A stretch of 63,551 nt of DNA, the filler included. It is 4 parts of 4 records of this genome, joined end to end, with 100 filler letters (N's around TTAATTAATTAA, not from the genome) between each part and the next. Parts side by side here need not be neighbours in the genome. Positions count along the whole stretch, not along the records: positions 1 to 14,462 come from SRR20825006_348; 3 more parts are not named here. One strand, written 5' to 3'. Position numbers and translations under genes: made by a program. Positions 1-10,336 of this stretch are shown here, piece by piece. Within the stretch, counting starts at the first letter, position 1; each line of letters begins with the position of its first letter. The notes beneath the pieces were generated by a model that was not told where the DNA came from, made no database searches, and saw only the letters and a list, made by a program, of their open reading frames with translations.

Positions 1-1
1 A

Positions 2-181
2 GTGGTCCGCGACCTGCACCGCACCGACGATCAGCGCGAGCAAAGCTATTCTGAGCGTCAGCTTTACGAAGCCGCCCTTGACCGCCTGACCCGCGAATTC
101 GCGGCCGTGTCCGGCTCGGATGAGACCGAAGCGCAAAAGAAAATCTCTGACGTGCTCGTCGGCCGCGTGGCCGCCGCCTGA
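2..181 (+). CDS. carD: CarD/CdnL family RNA polymerase-binding regulator, 3' end only
   Basis: Manual translation, not in the ORF track: VVRDLHRTDDQREQSYSERQLYEAALDRLTREFAAV...*. This is the characteristic alphaproteobacterial CarD C-terminus. Confidence 0.9.
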   Translation: MVRDLHRTDDQREQSYSERQLYEAALDRLTREFAAVSGSDETEAQKKISDVLVGRVAAA

Positions 182-206
182 TCTCGGCTGTGATGTAGAC
201 ATGATG

Positions 207-237
207 ACCGCCGTAAGGGAGACCTTGCGGCGGTTTT
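207..237 (+). terminator. Intrinsic terminator after carD
   Basis: ACCGCCGTAAGG-gaga-CCTTGCGGCGGT hairpin followed by TTT. Confidence 0.75.
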
Positions 238-280
238 CATGTTGGCGTTGGATGACAGAGTATTTTGAAAGGCTGTTTCT

Positions 281-616
281 ATGGATTTTGATTTCCAAAG
301 TTTGCAGGCGGATACCGTCGCAGTGTTTCAAAAGATTGATGCCGAATACGGCATTCCTGGACGCGCCAAGATTGATTATGCATTGGTTCCCAATGGCGAG
401 GCTGCCGATTGGCAAGCCTGTGAAGATGCATTGAGACGAGCGGGCTATACGGTCAAGAGGTTCGAGGGGGAGGGTTATCTCACGGCGACAACGCAGCCGC
501 TTTCCATGAGTTTGGAAACCGTTTGGTTGCACGAAGAAGAGGTCACTCTTTTGGCGCTGCAATTCGGGTTTTCACCGGATGGATGGGGCTTTACGGGGTT
601 GTCGCCAACAAGTTAA
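281..616 (+). CDS. RraB-family protein (RNase E inhibitor-like domain)
   Basis: 111 aa acidic protein ending in the ...FGFSPDGWGF motif typical of RraB-domain proteins. Confidence 0.65.
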   Translation: MDFDFQSLQADTVAVFQKIDAEYGIPGRAKIDYALVPNGEAADWQACEDALRRAGYTVKRFEGEGYLTATTQPLSMSLETVWLHEEEVTLLALQFGFSPDGWGFTGLSPTS

Positions 617-1389
617 GCCAGCGCCGTAAACACTGTGAGCGCCGCGATCTCGCACAAAACTTGGGTTGCGCCCAAAACATCGCCGGTTTGCCCGCCGATT
701 TTGGACTGCGCGATTTTGGCGGCGACAAAGCTGGTCAGCACGATGGCCGAGGCCGCAATCACGGTCGGAACAAAGCCGACCACAATCCCTGACAGCACCA
801 AAGCCACCATGGCCCCAAGGCTCGCCGCATCGCGTGGCGGACGTCCGGTTTGCACCGAAAGCCCATCGGTGCGGGCATGGGGCAACAGCAGCATCACATA
901 GGGCAGGGAGGCGCGCGACAGCACGGCGGAGGCGATGAGCGCTGTGACGATCACATCCTCATGCGCCAAGACCGAGAGCGCCGAGAACCGCAACAGCAAG
1001 GCCAAGCCAAGCGCCAAAACCCCGTAGGTGCCGATACGGCTGTCATGCATGATCTCAAGGCGCTTAAGTCGTTCCCAGCCGCCCCAAAACCCATCGGCGC
1101 AATCGGCCAGCCCGTCTTCGTGCATCGCGCCGGTGACGATCACCGCCGCGGCCATGGTGAACCCGGCAATCAACCCCGCGCCCAACTCGAACCAGCCCGC
1201 AATCGTTGCCACGGCACCGGGCACAAGCCCGACGGCAAGCCCCGCCACAGGAAAGGCCCATGCCGCCTGTGCCGTGCGGCTGAACCCGGTCTTGACCGGG
1301 ATGCGCGTCAGGATCGCGAGGCTGGTGGCGATGTCCTCGGCCCGTGGTTTAAAACGCGGTGTAAAACGTGGTGTGTCGGCTTTGGTCAT
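613..1389 (-). CDS. cobS: Adenosylcobinamide-GDP ribazoletransferase (CobS; CobV in aerobic-pathway naming)
   Basis: [25 protein letters not shown] and [10 protein letters not shown] motifs. Start reassigned to ATG 1389 behind an AAGGAG RBS. Confidence 0.95.
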   Translation of the reverse strand: MTKADTPRFTPRFKPRAEDIATSLAILTRIPVKTGFSRTAQAAWAFPVAGLAVGLVPGAVATIAGWFELGAGLIAGFTMAAAVIVTGAMHEDGLADCADGFWGGWERLKRLEIMHDSRIGTYGVLALGLALLLRFSALSVLAHEDVIVTALIASAVLSRASLPYVMLLLPHARTDGLSVQTGRPPRDAASLGAMVALVLSGIVVGFVPTVIAASAIVLTSFVAAKIAQSKIGGQTGDVLGATQVLCEIAALTVFTALA

Positions 1390-1513
1390 GGACGTCTCCT
1401 TTGCGGCAAATCGGTCCTGTCCTTGGTCTGACTCTCGGGATAAAACCCCAGCGACACGAATACAATGCCAGACAAAGACAATGCCCAGACAAAACAATGA
1501 GGGAGTGCGGTAC

Positions 1514-2518
1514 ATGGCTTTTTCCGATCTTGCCGGATTTGAACGGATTCTGAAACAGGCCCCCGGCCCGGATATGGAGGCGCAAGCCGCAGCGACCGCG
1601 CGCAATGCGCAACTGACCAAACCCGCCGGCAGCCTTGGCCGTTTGGAAGAGATCGGCATTTGGTACGCGGCCTGGCGCGGCGAGGGCCGGCCCCGGATTG
1701 AAAAGCCACAAGTGGCGATTTTTGCCGGAAATCACGGCGTCACCGCGCGCGGCGTGTCGGCCTTTCCGGTCGAGGTGACCGTGCAAATGGTCGCGAATTT
1801 CCAACAGGGCGGAGCCGCGATTAACCAATTGGCGCGCAACGCAGGCGCATCAATGTCTGTGCATGCGCTTGAGCTGGACCGTCCCACCGGGGACTTCACC
1901 GAGACCGTGGCGATGTCTGAGGCGGACTGCGTGCGCGCCCTCAAAACCGGCTGGGACGCGGTCGATCCAAAGGCCGATCTTTTGGTCGTCGGCGAAATGG
2001 GCATCGGCAACACCACCTCGGCGGCGGCGATGGCCCATGCTTTGTTTGGTGGGCTTGCGGCCGATTGGGTCGGGCGCGGCACGGGCGTGGATGACGCCGG
2101 TTTGAAACTCAAAGAAGAGGTCTGTGCGGCGGGCGTGGCCCTGCATGGGGGCAAAGCCCCGCTTGCGATCCTTGCGAGTTTAGGCGGGCGTGAAGTGGCG
2201 GCGATGGCGGGCGCGATTGCGCGGGCGCGGGTCTTGCGCATTCCGGTGATTTTGGACGGGTTCATTTGCTGTGTGGCGGCGGCCTGTCTTGAAAAGGCGG
2301 TGCCGGGAGCTTTGGACCATTGCATCGCCGGACATCAATCCGCCGAAGCGGCCCATCGCGCCGTCCTCGAGGCGATCGACAAAGAGCCGTTGGTGTCGCT
2401 GGGTCTGCGCCTTGGCGAAGGCTCGGGTGCGGGCTTGGTCATCCCTCTGGTCAAAGGCGCGGTCGAATGCCTGTCGGGCATGGCGACCTTTGCCGAGGCC
2501 GGCGTGTCGGCGGGGTAA
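1514..2518 (+). CDS. cobT: Nicotinate-nucleotide--dimethylbenzimidazole phosphoribosyltransferase (CobT; CobU in aerobic-pathway naming)
   Basis: [21 protein letters not shown] and LRLGEGSGA motifs. Start reassigned to ATG 1514 behind GGGAG. Confidence 0.95.
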   Translation: MAFSDLAGFERILKQAPGPDMEAQAAATARNAQLTKPAGSLGRLEEIGIWYAAWRGEGRPRIEKPQVAIFAGNHGVTARGVSAFPVEVTVQMVANFQQGGAAINQLARNAGASMSVHALELDRPTGDFTETVAMSEADCVRALKTGWDAVDPKADLLVVGEMGIGNTTSAAAMAHALFGGLAADWVGRGTGVDDAGLKLKEEVCAAGVALHGGKAPLAILASLGGREVAAMAGAIARARVLRIPVILDGFICCVAAACLEKAVPGALDHCIAGHQSAEAAHRAVLEAIDKEPLVSLGLRLGEGSGAGLVIPLVKGAVECLSGMATFAEAGVSAG

Positions 2519-2533
2519 ACGGCGCGTCGGCTG

Positions 2534-4465
2534 TCACGGCGCGCGGTTTGACGACGCGCGCTCCTGAGGCTCTTTGCTTTTGTCCTTAATTTCCGCACGC
2601 TTCTTTTCCAAAAGCGCAATCAATTCCGCCTCAAAATCGGTGGCCAAACTGCGCGAGCGTTCGATATAGGCGGTGTTCTCCGCTGTCGGAATATTCGGGT
2701 CCCAAAGCTGTGCCATGATCCGCAACGCCTCGCGGTCATGTTGGTAATAGGCCTGTTCGGTGACTGAGGCGTCGTATTCGGAGAATCCCATCTGTTCCAA
2801 GACATAGCGGCCCGCGCGCAGGGAACTGTCGAACATTTCGCGCACGATTTTATCGGCCCCGGCTTGGTATAATTCATAGACATGGATGCGGTCGCGAGCA
2901 CGGGCGATGATGAACAGATCGGGCCGCTGTTTGCGGGCATAGGCGACCAAATGCACCGCCGCTTTTTGATCATCGAGCGCCACCACCAAAATCTTTGCCG
3001 TCTCAAGCCCTGCCGCATGCAAAAGCTCGGGGCGGGTCGGGTCGCCAAAGAAGCCCTTAAAGCCAAATTTGCGCATCAGTTGAATGGTCTTCAGATCGTG
3101 ATCCAGCACCGTGGTGTGAAAGCCTGAGGCCTGCACCAAGCGGTTCACCACCTGACCAAACCGCCCGATCCCGGCGATGATGATGGAATGTTGTTCGTCG
3201 ATCTTGTCGGCGGGCTGATCCTCGACCCGGTCGGCCAATTTTTGACGCAGAGCATCATGCAGCATGAAAAACAGCGGCGTGAACATCAAAGACAGCGCAA
3301 TGACCAGCAACACGCGTTCGGCCAAATAGGTTGATAAGACATGCTGTTGCAGGGCGAAGGTGGTCAAGACCATGCCAAATTCCCCGGCCTGCGCTAGAGA
3401 GAGGGCAAAAAGCCATTGCGCCCGTTTGCGCAATGCAAAAATTCGCCCGATGGCAAACAGGATCACCCCCTTTGACACCATCAACACCACGGTCAGCCCG
3501 ATGATCAAAATCGGATCGCGAAACAGCACCGTAAAGTTGATGCCGGCACCAACGGCGATGAAAAACAGCCCCAAAAGCAGGCCTTTGAACGGCTCGATCG
3601 AGCTTTCCAATTCATGGCGAAACTCGGAGTTGGCCAGGACGACACCGGCCAGAAATGTGCCGAGGGCGGGGGAAAGGCCGACGGAGCTCATCAACAACGC
3701 GATGCCGATGACGATGAGCAGGGCCACTGCGGTATAAATCTCGCGCATATTGGCGGCGTGGATGTAGCGAAACACCGGACGGGTCAGAAAGACCCCGGCC
3801 AATATGATCGCCGCAACCGCACCCAAAGTCACCAGGGTGACACCCCATGCGGGCAGGCCTTCGACCAAAGACACGCTATGTTCACTGGCCACTTTTGCCA
3901 AATCCGATGGACGGCTGATTGAGCCGTCGGGGTTGATGGTCAGGCGCGATCCCGTAGCCAAAAGCGGCATCAGCGCCAACATCGGGATCACCGCGATGTC
4001 TTGGGTCAAAAGCACGGAAAACGCCGCGCGGCCGCCGCCCGTATGGATCAACTTCTTTTCAGAGAGGGTCTGAAGCACCACGGCGGTTGAGGACAGTGAC
4101 AAGATCATCCCAAGCGCCAGCCCCGTTTGCCAGTCCAGCCCGGCCCAGACCGAAGCCCCGGTGATTGCGGCGCCGGTGGCGACGATTTGCAACCCGCCCA
4201 GCCCAATCAACCGATTGCGCATCTCCCAAAGGGCGCGCGGGTCAAGCTCAAGCCCGATGAGAAACAACATCATCACCACGCCAAATTCGGCGAAATGCAT
4301 CAGATCGGTACTCTGCGAATGCTGCACCAACCCAAGCACTGGCCCGATCATCATCCCGGCAATCAAATAGCCCAACACAGACCCCAGCCCGAGCCTGCGT
4401 GCCAAAGGCACGGCGACAACAATGGCAGCGAGGTAAATGACGGCTTGGGCCAACATGCCTTGCAT
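2534..4465 (-). CDS. kefC: CPA2-family K+/H+ antiporter with KTN (TrkA-N) domain, KefB/KefC-like
   Basis: AEFGVVMMLFLIGLEL, SSTAVVL, QDIAV, HELESSIEPFKGLLLGLFF and the KTN motif GIGRFGQ. Start ATG 4465. Confidence 0.88.
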   Translation of the reverse strand: MQGMLAQAVIYLAAIVVAVPLARRLGLGSVLGYLIAGMMIGPVLGLVQHSQSTDLMHFAEFGVVMMLFLIGLELDPRALWEMRNRLIGLGGLQIVATGAAITGASVWAGLDWQTGLALGMILSLSSTAVVLQTLSEKKLIHTGGGRAAFSVLLTQDIAVIPMLALMPLLATGSRLTINPDGSISRPSDLAKVASEHSVSLVEGLPAWGVTLVTLGAVAAIILAGVFLTRPVFRYIHAANMREIYTAVALLIVIGIALLMSSVGLSPALGTFLAGVVLANSEFRHELESSIEPFKGLLLGLFFIAVGAGINFTVLFRDPILIIGLTVVLMVSKGVILFAIGRIFALRKRAQWLFALSLAQAGEFGMVLTTFALQQHVLSTYLAERVLLVIALSLMFTPLFFMLHDALRQKLADRVEDQPADKIDEQHSIIIAGIGRFGQVVNRLVQASGFHTTVLDHDLKTIQLMRKFGFKGFFGDPTRPELLHAAGLETAKILVVALDDQKAAVHLVAYARKQRPDLFIIARARDRIHVYELYQAGADKIVREMFDSSLRAGRYVLEQMGFSEYDASVTEQAYYQHDREALRIMAQLWDPNIPTAENTAYIERSRSLATDFEAELIALLEKKRAEIKDKSKEPQERASSNRAP

Positions 4466-4629
4466 CCGGGGACTCCGATCTGGGGTATCTGTTTGATCTA
4501 AGAGGTATAGACCTGCGCGCACACGACAAGAGCACGCGGCTATTTTCCAAAAGATTGTTGCGCTAAGGGCATGCAAAACCACCGCAGCGTCGCCAAAGGC
4601 CTGCAATCGGGCAAGCGGCGCTGTGTGCT

Positions 4630-7506
4630 TTAGCCCGCGACCTCAAGCGTGATGGAGCGGCCGTTTTTCACATAGGTCAGAGAGTCAGAGCCAATGGATT
4701 GCACCCGTCCGCCGTCGATCTTGTCGCCGATCTTGACCTTGGCAAAGCGCCCAGATGGCAGACGCACAAGCGCGCGGCGATCCGAACTCGACCCATAGAC
4801 GCCCATCAGGTTCAAGGCGCGCAGGTTGATCGCATTTTTCACCGTCGCGGCGCGTGCCACGGTGGTGGGGGCACTGGATGGGATTTTGCTGTCGGGCACA
4901 CGCGCCGTGACTGTCGAGGCAGCGGAGGTTTTCGTTGTGCCCTCATCGGTGGCAATGGCTGCAGCCGCCGCTGCGGCCGCGGCTGCAGCGGCGAGTTTGG
5001 AGAAATCTTTCGGGCGCTCTTTCGGGATCAGAGAGGCGACGACAACGGGCGCAGTGGGCGCGGGGGCGTTGGCCCCGGCGACGATCGCCTCTTGGGCGGC
5101 TTGCTCCTGAGCGGAAGCCGGACGGAATTTTGGCCGGAACCCACCCAGTTGGGCGCGGGTGATGCCGCCCAGATTGGCCTTTTCATTGCTCTCAACCAAG
5201 GCCTCGGGCCGCAGTTTGGGGCGGAAACCGGCAAGCGCCAAACGCACCGGATCATCCGCCGCCACAGGGGCCGGATTGAGCGCGGTTTCCACCGCCTCAT
5301 TCACCGCGCTGCCCGGACGCGCACCGGGGACGATCGCGGGCCGTCCGGCATAAACCACCGTGCCATCCGGTGTCACGGTCCCCTCGGGGGTGGCGCGGAT
5401 AAACCCGGCCTCATCATAGTCATAGCGTGTGCCAAAAGGCGCAGGTGTGGTCGGTGCGCGCGGGGCCATGTCGCCTTGATGGCGGGCCACATCGACCAAA
5501 GCCCCCGCATCTTGCGATTGGATGCCGGGGTCGATCGAGGCGACGTAGACGTCATCCACGCTGTCTTCCACAACCGCGCCATCCCCCGCATCGGGGGCCA
5601 GCGGCCAAATGCCAGTCGCGGCATAATCGGCCGTGAGGTCCGCCAGATCGGCTTCGGTGGTCTCCGTCTCGGTGCCAAGCGGGGCGGGGCGGGTGGCCTC
5701 TTCCAACAGCTCAGGCGTCAATTCCGCCTCTTCATCAGCCGCATCGGTTTCGACCGCCAGATCCGCGTCGGACACGGGGGTGGCATCGGCCAGAACCGTA
5801 TTCGGTACAGTTGGCTCGTCGTCGGGAAGAGACTCCGTGGCACTGGTCTCGGTGGGCGTCTCAGGGGGCTCAGACGACGGCAAAAGCCCGGCAATCAAAC
5901 CGACCAGCAAGAGCAACGCCACCAACGCCCCGGTCAGGATCAACCCAAGGCGACGCGGTTTGCGCGCGGTCTCGCGGTTGCGGCGGCGGGCGCCGAAGAC
6001 GGTCATTGCCTCGGCTTCATCACGGGTGTTGTCAACCGAGTCGAGACCCGCAGCGCGATCTGAGAGCGGCCTCATCGCCGTGTCGTCAACGCCGTTCTGA
6101 GCGACAGGTGCAGTGATGATATCGGCGGTGCTAAAACCTTTGGTGCTTTTCTTCGCGGGTTTCGCAAGCTCGGTTTTGGCCTTTGTGACAGCAGGTTTGG
6201 CCTTTTGCGCGGCGCGCACCGAGAGGGTTTTGAGCTTACCAAGGGTCGCGGCCGCTTTGCTGGGCTTGTCGGAGAGTGACGCGGGGGACGGTCGCGTTTG
6301 TACAGGCAAGGGCGCGGGCATGGGCGGCGGTTCCGGCAAAGGTCCGGTTTTGCGCGGCTTGATCGGTTTGGGTTTGGGTGCGCTGTCGTCCGGGGCCAAA
6401 GGCAGGTCGCCCGAGGTCACAGGCACATGCACCGCGATATGCGGATGCTCTTGCGGCGCGGGATCGGCGGGCGTTTGCGGCACGGAGGCAGGGGCCGCCA
6501 TGTTGGGGAACGGCGCGGATGTGACCTCGGGGGATTTGCGCACATCGGCCAGGACCCGCGACGGCTGGGCCGACACGCGCGGCACACCCGACGGGGTCTC
6601 AGGATCGTCCGCCGGTGCGGTGGTCAAAACGCGACGGGATTGAAACGAAGAGGGCGCTTCGGGTGTCGCGGCATTGGAGTCATCTGGTGCGTCTGGCGTA
6701 TCAGTCGGGGTGACCTTTGGCTCTTGCGCTTCGGGCGTAAGAAAATTGGCCTCAAGCCTGTCGGACGCCCTCCCGTCCTCGGGCTTGAACGCGGGCTCCG
6801 GTTCCTGTCGCGGGGCAGGTGTTTCGATCTGCTCTGCCTGTTTGGGAGCAACATCAGCCGCCTTTTCAGTCGTCTGGCCCTGGTCTACATCGGCAATCGC
6901 TGCGGGTTCGGGCGCAGGGGCATGAACTGGTTCGGGAATGGGCGCAGGCTCCACCTCGCGATGCGCCAAAATCGTAATCGCCTCAACGTCCGGTTCAATT
7001 CGTGTCTTTGCTCCGACCAAATCGTCGGCGGCTTTGGCACGGCCAAAAAACGGCTCGCCCAGATAGGTTTCAGCCTCGGGCAGAGCGACAAAAGACACCG
7101 GGTTGAACCGATGCTCCGTGGCGAAAGATTCTGCTTCTTCAAGGGTTTCCTTGGCGACAACCGCGACTTGGATGGTGCCGGATGTCACCACCCAATCCCA
7201 AACCAAATCGGTCAGGGCATAGGGGGTCGCCCCCTCAAGCGAAGCGCGAATAGCGGTCTCGCGCGCCCTGTCTGAGCCTCCGGGATCGGGCAGGCTGCGA
7301 TAAAGGATTTGACTGTTCGGGATGACCAGTTTGGTGGCCAGTCCGGCGGTCGAGACCGCGGTGGCGGTGCGTCGCAGATCGGCCAGCTCTTTGGCCATGT
7401 CGGGGGCATCCAGCGCGACCTCGCCCATATGATGCCACCCGGCGGAGGCGCGGTGCAACAGAACGATGCCATCATGGCTTAGGTTGAGGGCAAAATTCGG
7501 TTTCAT
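4630..7506 (-). CDS. Large Pro/Ala-rich bitopic membrane protein: PilM/GspL-like N-domain, TM helix, PilP/GspC-HR-like C-domain
   Basis: Start MKPNFALNLSHDG (ATG 7506). Globular ~190 aa N-terminus, long PEST-rich linker, TM segment LGLILTGALVALLLLVGLIAGLL, C-terminus LNLMGVYGSSSDRRALVRLPSGRFAKVKIGD. Domain calls are from motif recognition only. Confidence 0.7.
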   Translation of the reverse strand: MKPNFALNLSHDGIVLLHRASAGWHHMGEVALDAPDMAKELADLRRTATAVSTAGLATKLVIPNSQILYRSLPDPGGSDRARETAIRASLEGATPYALTDLVWDWVVTSGTIQVAVVAKETLEEAESFATEHRFNPVSFVALPEAETYLGEPFFGRAKAADDLVGAKTRIEPDVEAITILAHREVEPAPIPEPVHAPAPEPAAIADVDQGQTTEKAADVAPKQAEQIETPAPRQEPEPAFKPEDGRASDRLEANFLTPEAQEPKVTPTDTPDAPDDSNAATPEAPSSFQSRRVLTTAPADDPETPSGVPRVSAQPSRVLADVRKSPEVTSAPFPNMAAPASVPQTPADPAPQEHPHIAVHVPVTSGDLPLAPDDSAPKPKPIKPRKTGPLPEPPPMPAPLPVQTRPSPASLSDKPSKAAATLGKLKTLSVRAAQKAKPAVTKAKTELAKPAKKSTKGFSTADIITAPVAQNGVDDTAMRPLSDRAAGLDSVDNTRDEAEAMTVFGARRRNRETARKPRRLGLILTGALVALLLLVGLIAGLLPSSEPPETPTETSATESLPDDEPTVPNTVLADATPVSDADLAVETDAADEEAELTPELLEEATRPAPLGTETETTEADLADLTADYAATGIWPLAPDAGDGAVVEDSVDDVYVASIDPGIQSQDAGALVDVARHQGDMAPRAPTTPAPFGTRYDYDEAGFIRATPEGTVTPDGTVVYAGRPAIVPGARPGSAVNEAVETALNPAPVAADDPVRLALAGFRPKLRPEALVESNEKANLGGITRAQLGGFRPKFRPASAQEQAAQEAIVAGANAPAPTAPVVVASLIPKERPKDFSKLAAAAAAAAAAAAIATDEGTTKTSAASTVTARVPDSKIPSSAPTTVARAATVKNAINLRALNLMGVYGSSSDRRALVRLPSGRFAKVKIGDKIDGGRVQSIGSDSLTYVKNGRSITLEVAG

Positions 7507-7672
7507 TTCCGGGGACTGGCTCGGTTTGACGCGGTTCGAGAGGCACCCTAACGCAGCTTTTGGATGGTGCAAAGCGAAACCGACCCCGGATTTGGTTGTG
7601 GTACTGCGGCGGGCGAACTCTTGCCGCCCCGCCGGGAGGACCGTGCCTCAGCGCTGCCGGGGCACACCCGCC

Positions 7673-8677
7673 TTAGCGCATCCAAAGCCCGGCTTTTTTG
7701 ATTTGATTGCGGATCATCTGTTCGCGCCGGGGCAAATGGTCGCGATCAAACATGGCGCGGATTTTTTCGCCTTTGGGTTGATAGACCAAGCGTTTGATCG
7801 GCTCATATTCTTTGAGCACCTTTTTGATCCAGTTGGGCGAAGACACCTCGCGCAGCACCTCGACGGCATGCTCGCTTTCGCGGGCAAACAGCAGCGGAAA
7901 AGTGCGGTAATGGCACGAGATCGCGCCATCAAGCGTGTTCTTTGGCAAGGTGGTGCGCGCACCGCCAAAGGAATGGATCACCAAGGGCAAGGCCACCTGA
8001 TCGAGCCAAGGATCAAAGGTCTGAAGCGCTGCGGCTTGGGGCGGATCATCGCGGATGGCGAGGGCGTAGTCCAAGAACCGCTGACCAAATTCATGCGGGC
8101 ATTTGTAAAAGAAAAAGCCCGCGTTGAAATAGAGGTAGCGGCGCCAATATTCGTCCGGTTGATCGAGATCGAGCGTGGTTTCAAACTCCAGCCCGAATTT
8201 GTCATAGAGCGATTTCCAAATCTCGCCATAACCCGGTCCGTACAGTTCGATTTGCGGCCAGGTGCCTTCGACCTTTTGACTGGCGCAGGGACGGTCAAAA
8301 TCGAACGGCACTTCGGAAACTGGCCCGGTGATCAGCGTGTCACTGTCGAAAAACACGAAAGGCTCGCCCTTGGGCAGGGCAAACAGCGCCTCGATTTTAT
8401 TGCCATAGGGGTAGGCCTGGCCGAAATGGCGCGATTCAAACGGCAGGATCTCCGCATCAAGGCGTTTGAACGCCTCCAGCGCATCGGATTGTTTCATCCG
8501 CGGATCGCCATTCCAAAGCGCGCCCGGTTGCGGTTCGGCGATGAACAGCCGACCTTTGAATTCCGGGTCCGAGGCACGCAAAGAGGCCGCGAACAGCAAA
8601 GCCTCATACATCAATCGGCCACACTGGCCGACGACGACAATATTGAACGGAACGGGATTTTGAGGCTTACTGGTCAT
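7673..8677 (-). CDS. Conserved hypothetical protein with GT-A glycosyltransferase-like motifs
   Basis: YGNK, FFDSDT (DxD), YFNAGFF and WLDQVAL resemble the GT8-like motif series. Start ATG 8677. Confidence 0.6.
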   Translation of the reverse strand: MTSKPQNPVPFNIVVVGQCGRLMYEALLFAASLRASDPEFKGRLFIAEPQPGALWNGDPRMKQSDALEAFKRLDAEILPFESRHFGQAYPYGNKIEALFALPKGEPFVFFDSDTLITGPVSEVPFDFDRPCASQKVEGTWPQIELYGPGYGEIWKSLYDKFGLEFETTLDLDQPDEYWRRYLYFNAGFFFYKCPHEFGQRFLDYALAIRDDPPQAAALQTFDPWLDQVALPLVIHSFGGARTTLPKNTLDGAISCHYRTFPLLFARESEHAVEVLREVSSPNWIKKVLKEYEPIKRLVYQPKGEKIRAMFDRDHLPRREQMIRNQIKKAGLWMR

Positions 8678-8784
8678 ACGCACTACTTTGATCTGATCGG
8701 GAGGACACCTGTTCGTTGGAGTATAAGGTGGTTCGTTGTGTATCAAAAGGTGCTAATTCCCTTGTTTGCAAAAGGATTGTTTCC

Positions 8785-9210
8785 ATGAGGCCCGTCATCG
8801 CCACTCTTCTGCTTTTCGCGGCCACCTTTGGGGCCCACACCCCCGCAATGGCTGAAAATTTCACCACAGCGGCGGAAGTTAAGCCGATTTTGCAAGCGAC
8901 CAAACCGCAATGGGTCGCCGTGCGCAGCTATGACGGCCAAGACCTTTTGTATTTCACCAATCTTTTGTCGTGGCGTTGTGGGGTGAGCGAGATTTTCTAT
9001 GCGGTCAATGGTGGTGACATGGTGCCGTTTCAGGCCGAACCTTGTTACATGGACAGCGCGCAACCCAACGCCCTGAAGGCCGAGAGCCTCGACAGTATTT
9101 TGGTGATGTTCGCGCCGGGATCGGTGCAAACCGTGTCGGTGAATGTGATCTTTGACGATGGCACATCCGATCAGGCGCACTATGAGCGCAAGGCGATCGA
9201 GATTCAGTAG
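8785..9210 (+). CDS. Secreted hypothetical protein
   Basis: Sec signal peptide MRPVIATLLLFAATFGAHTPAMA|E, two Cys (WRCG, EPC), AAAGGA RBS. Confidence 0.8.
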   Translation: MRPVIATLLLFAATFGAHTPAMAENFTTAAEVKPILQATKPQWVAVRSYDGQDLLYFTNLLSWRCGVSEIFYAVNGGDMVPFQAEPCYMDSAQPNALKAESLDSILVMFAPGSVQTVSVNVIFDDGTSDQAHYERKAIEIQ

Positions 9211-9415
9211 CGCGATTTCGTGTGCGCAGCACGTCGGTCCGAAAATTCACCATCGCCCGCCAACTGCGTGGCATGGCTTTGACGTCAGAGCCAAATCCCG
9301 GCGGCCTCGGTTTGGCCGCCGGATTGATAAATGCATGGTCTGTTTCCTGACTGGCGCAGTCAAGCTGTGGATTTTCATTGTCTAATGGGGTGTTTTCCAT
9401 CACTTTATAGTAAAG

Positions 9416-9434
9416 TGATTGGAAATTTCTATCA
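9416..9434. promoter_or_regulatory. LysR-type T-N11-A operator overlapping the fdsR start codon
   Basis: TGATTG-N7-CTATCA; 17/19 identical to the site at 10334-10352. Confidence 0.7.
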
Positions 9435-10336
9435 TGCTGGACAAGCTCGACATGTTTATCGCGGTGGCGCGCGAACATCATTTTGGCCGCGCCGCCGTGA
9501 GCCTCGGCATCACCCAACCGACGCTCTCGGCGGGGATCAAACAGTTGGAGGATCAACTGGGGGTGCAACTGATCTTTCGCGGTTCGCGCTATGGCGGGTT
9601 GACACCGGAGGGCACGCGGGCCTTGGATTGGGCGCGGCGGATCACGGGCGACGCGCGACAGTTGCGCGAGGAGATGCGCTCGACCCGGCATGGCCTGTCC
9701 GGTCAGCTTCGCATTGCGGTGATCCCAACGGCGCTGAACCTGGTTGCCAAATTGGCCGATGCGGTCAGTCGCAAACACCCGAAAGTGCGCTTTGTCATCC
9801 TGTCGCGCCCCTCACGGGATATTTTGGCGATGTTGGAGAATTTCGAGATCGACGCGGGCCTGTCTTATCTGGACAACGAACCGATGGGCCGGGTCGAAAC
9901 CGAGGCCTTGGGGCAGGAGCGCCTGGTGCTGGTTTGCGCCAAGACATCGCCCTTTGCCAGCCGTACAGAAGTGGACTGGGGTGAGCTGAATGGGCAAAAA
10001 CTGGCGCTGATGACACCGGACATGCAAAACCGCCGGATCATCAACCAGGCTTTCATGCGCGCGGGCATCGCCCCCGAAGCGCAAATCGAATCCAACTCGA
10101 TCCTTGCCCTGATCGCCAATGTGGCGGCGGGGGAGTGGATCACGGTCCTGCCCGATGACATCGCGCGGTTTTTGGCCGAGGGCAAGGGGCTGTCCTTGGT
10201 GCCGATGAGCGGCACAGAGGGACGGGAGAGCCATACTGTTGGCCTCGTCGTGCCGCAGCGCGCGCCCCACACACCAGTGATCGAGGCACTTTTGGCCGAG
10301 GCGCGGCGGATGCGGGGGGAAACAGGGGCACGTTGA
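9434..10336 (+). CDS. fdsR: LysR-family regulator of the formate dehydrogenase operon
   Basis: HTH HFGRAAVSLGITQPTLSAGIKQLE, GQLRIAVIPTA and LMTPDMQNRRII; lies directly upstream of fdsGBA. Confidence 0.85.
   Translation: MLDKLDMFIAVAREHHFGRAAVSLGITQPTLSAGIKQLEDQLGVQLIFRGSRYGGLTPEGTRALDWARRITGDARQLREEMRSTRHGLSGQLRIAVIPTALNLVAKLADAVSRKHPKVRFVILSRPSRDILAMLENFEIDAGLSYLDNEPMGRVETEALGQERLVLVCAKTSPFASRTEVDWGELNGQKLALMTPDMQNRRIINQAFMRAGIAPEAQIESNSILALIANVAAGEWITVLPDDIARFLAEGKGLSLVPMSGTEGRESHTVGLVVPQRAPHTPVIEALLAEARRMRGETGAR

Noticed and set aside
1390-1513. Possible cobalamin riboswitch between cobS and cobT
   Set aside because: The gap is only 124 nt and holds two divergent starts; no B12-box or conserved core is visible.
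1028-1659. Apparent long overlap of the cobS and cobT ORFs
   Set aside because: It comes from upstream-most start calling; RBS-supported starts at 1389 and 1514 remove the overlap.
4952-4993. Poly-Ala-encoding GCN run as a microsatellite or phase-variation tract
   Set aside because: The codons are mixed (GCC/GCT/GCA/GCG), so this is protein-level low complexity rather than a slippage repeat.
7466-8788. 440-aa plus-strand ORF, and similar long antisense ORFs at 4699-6063, 16394-17467 and 26602-27864
   Set aside because: Each lies opposite a better-supported gene, as expected from GC-biased codon usage.
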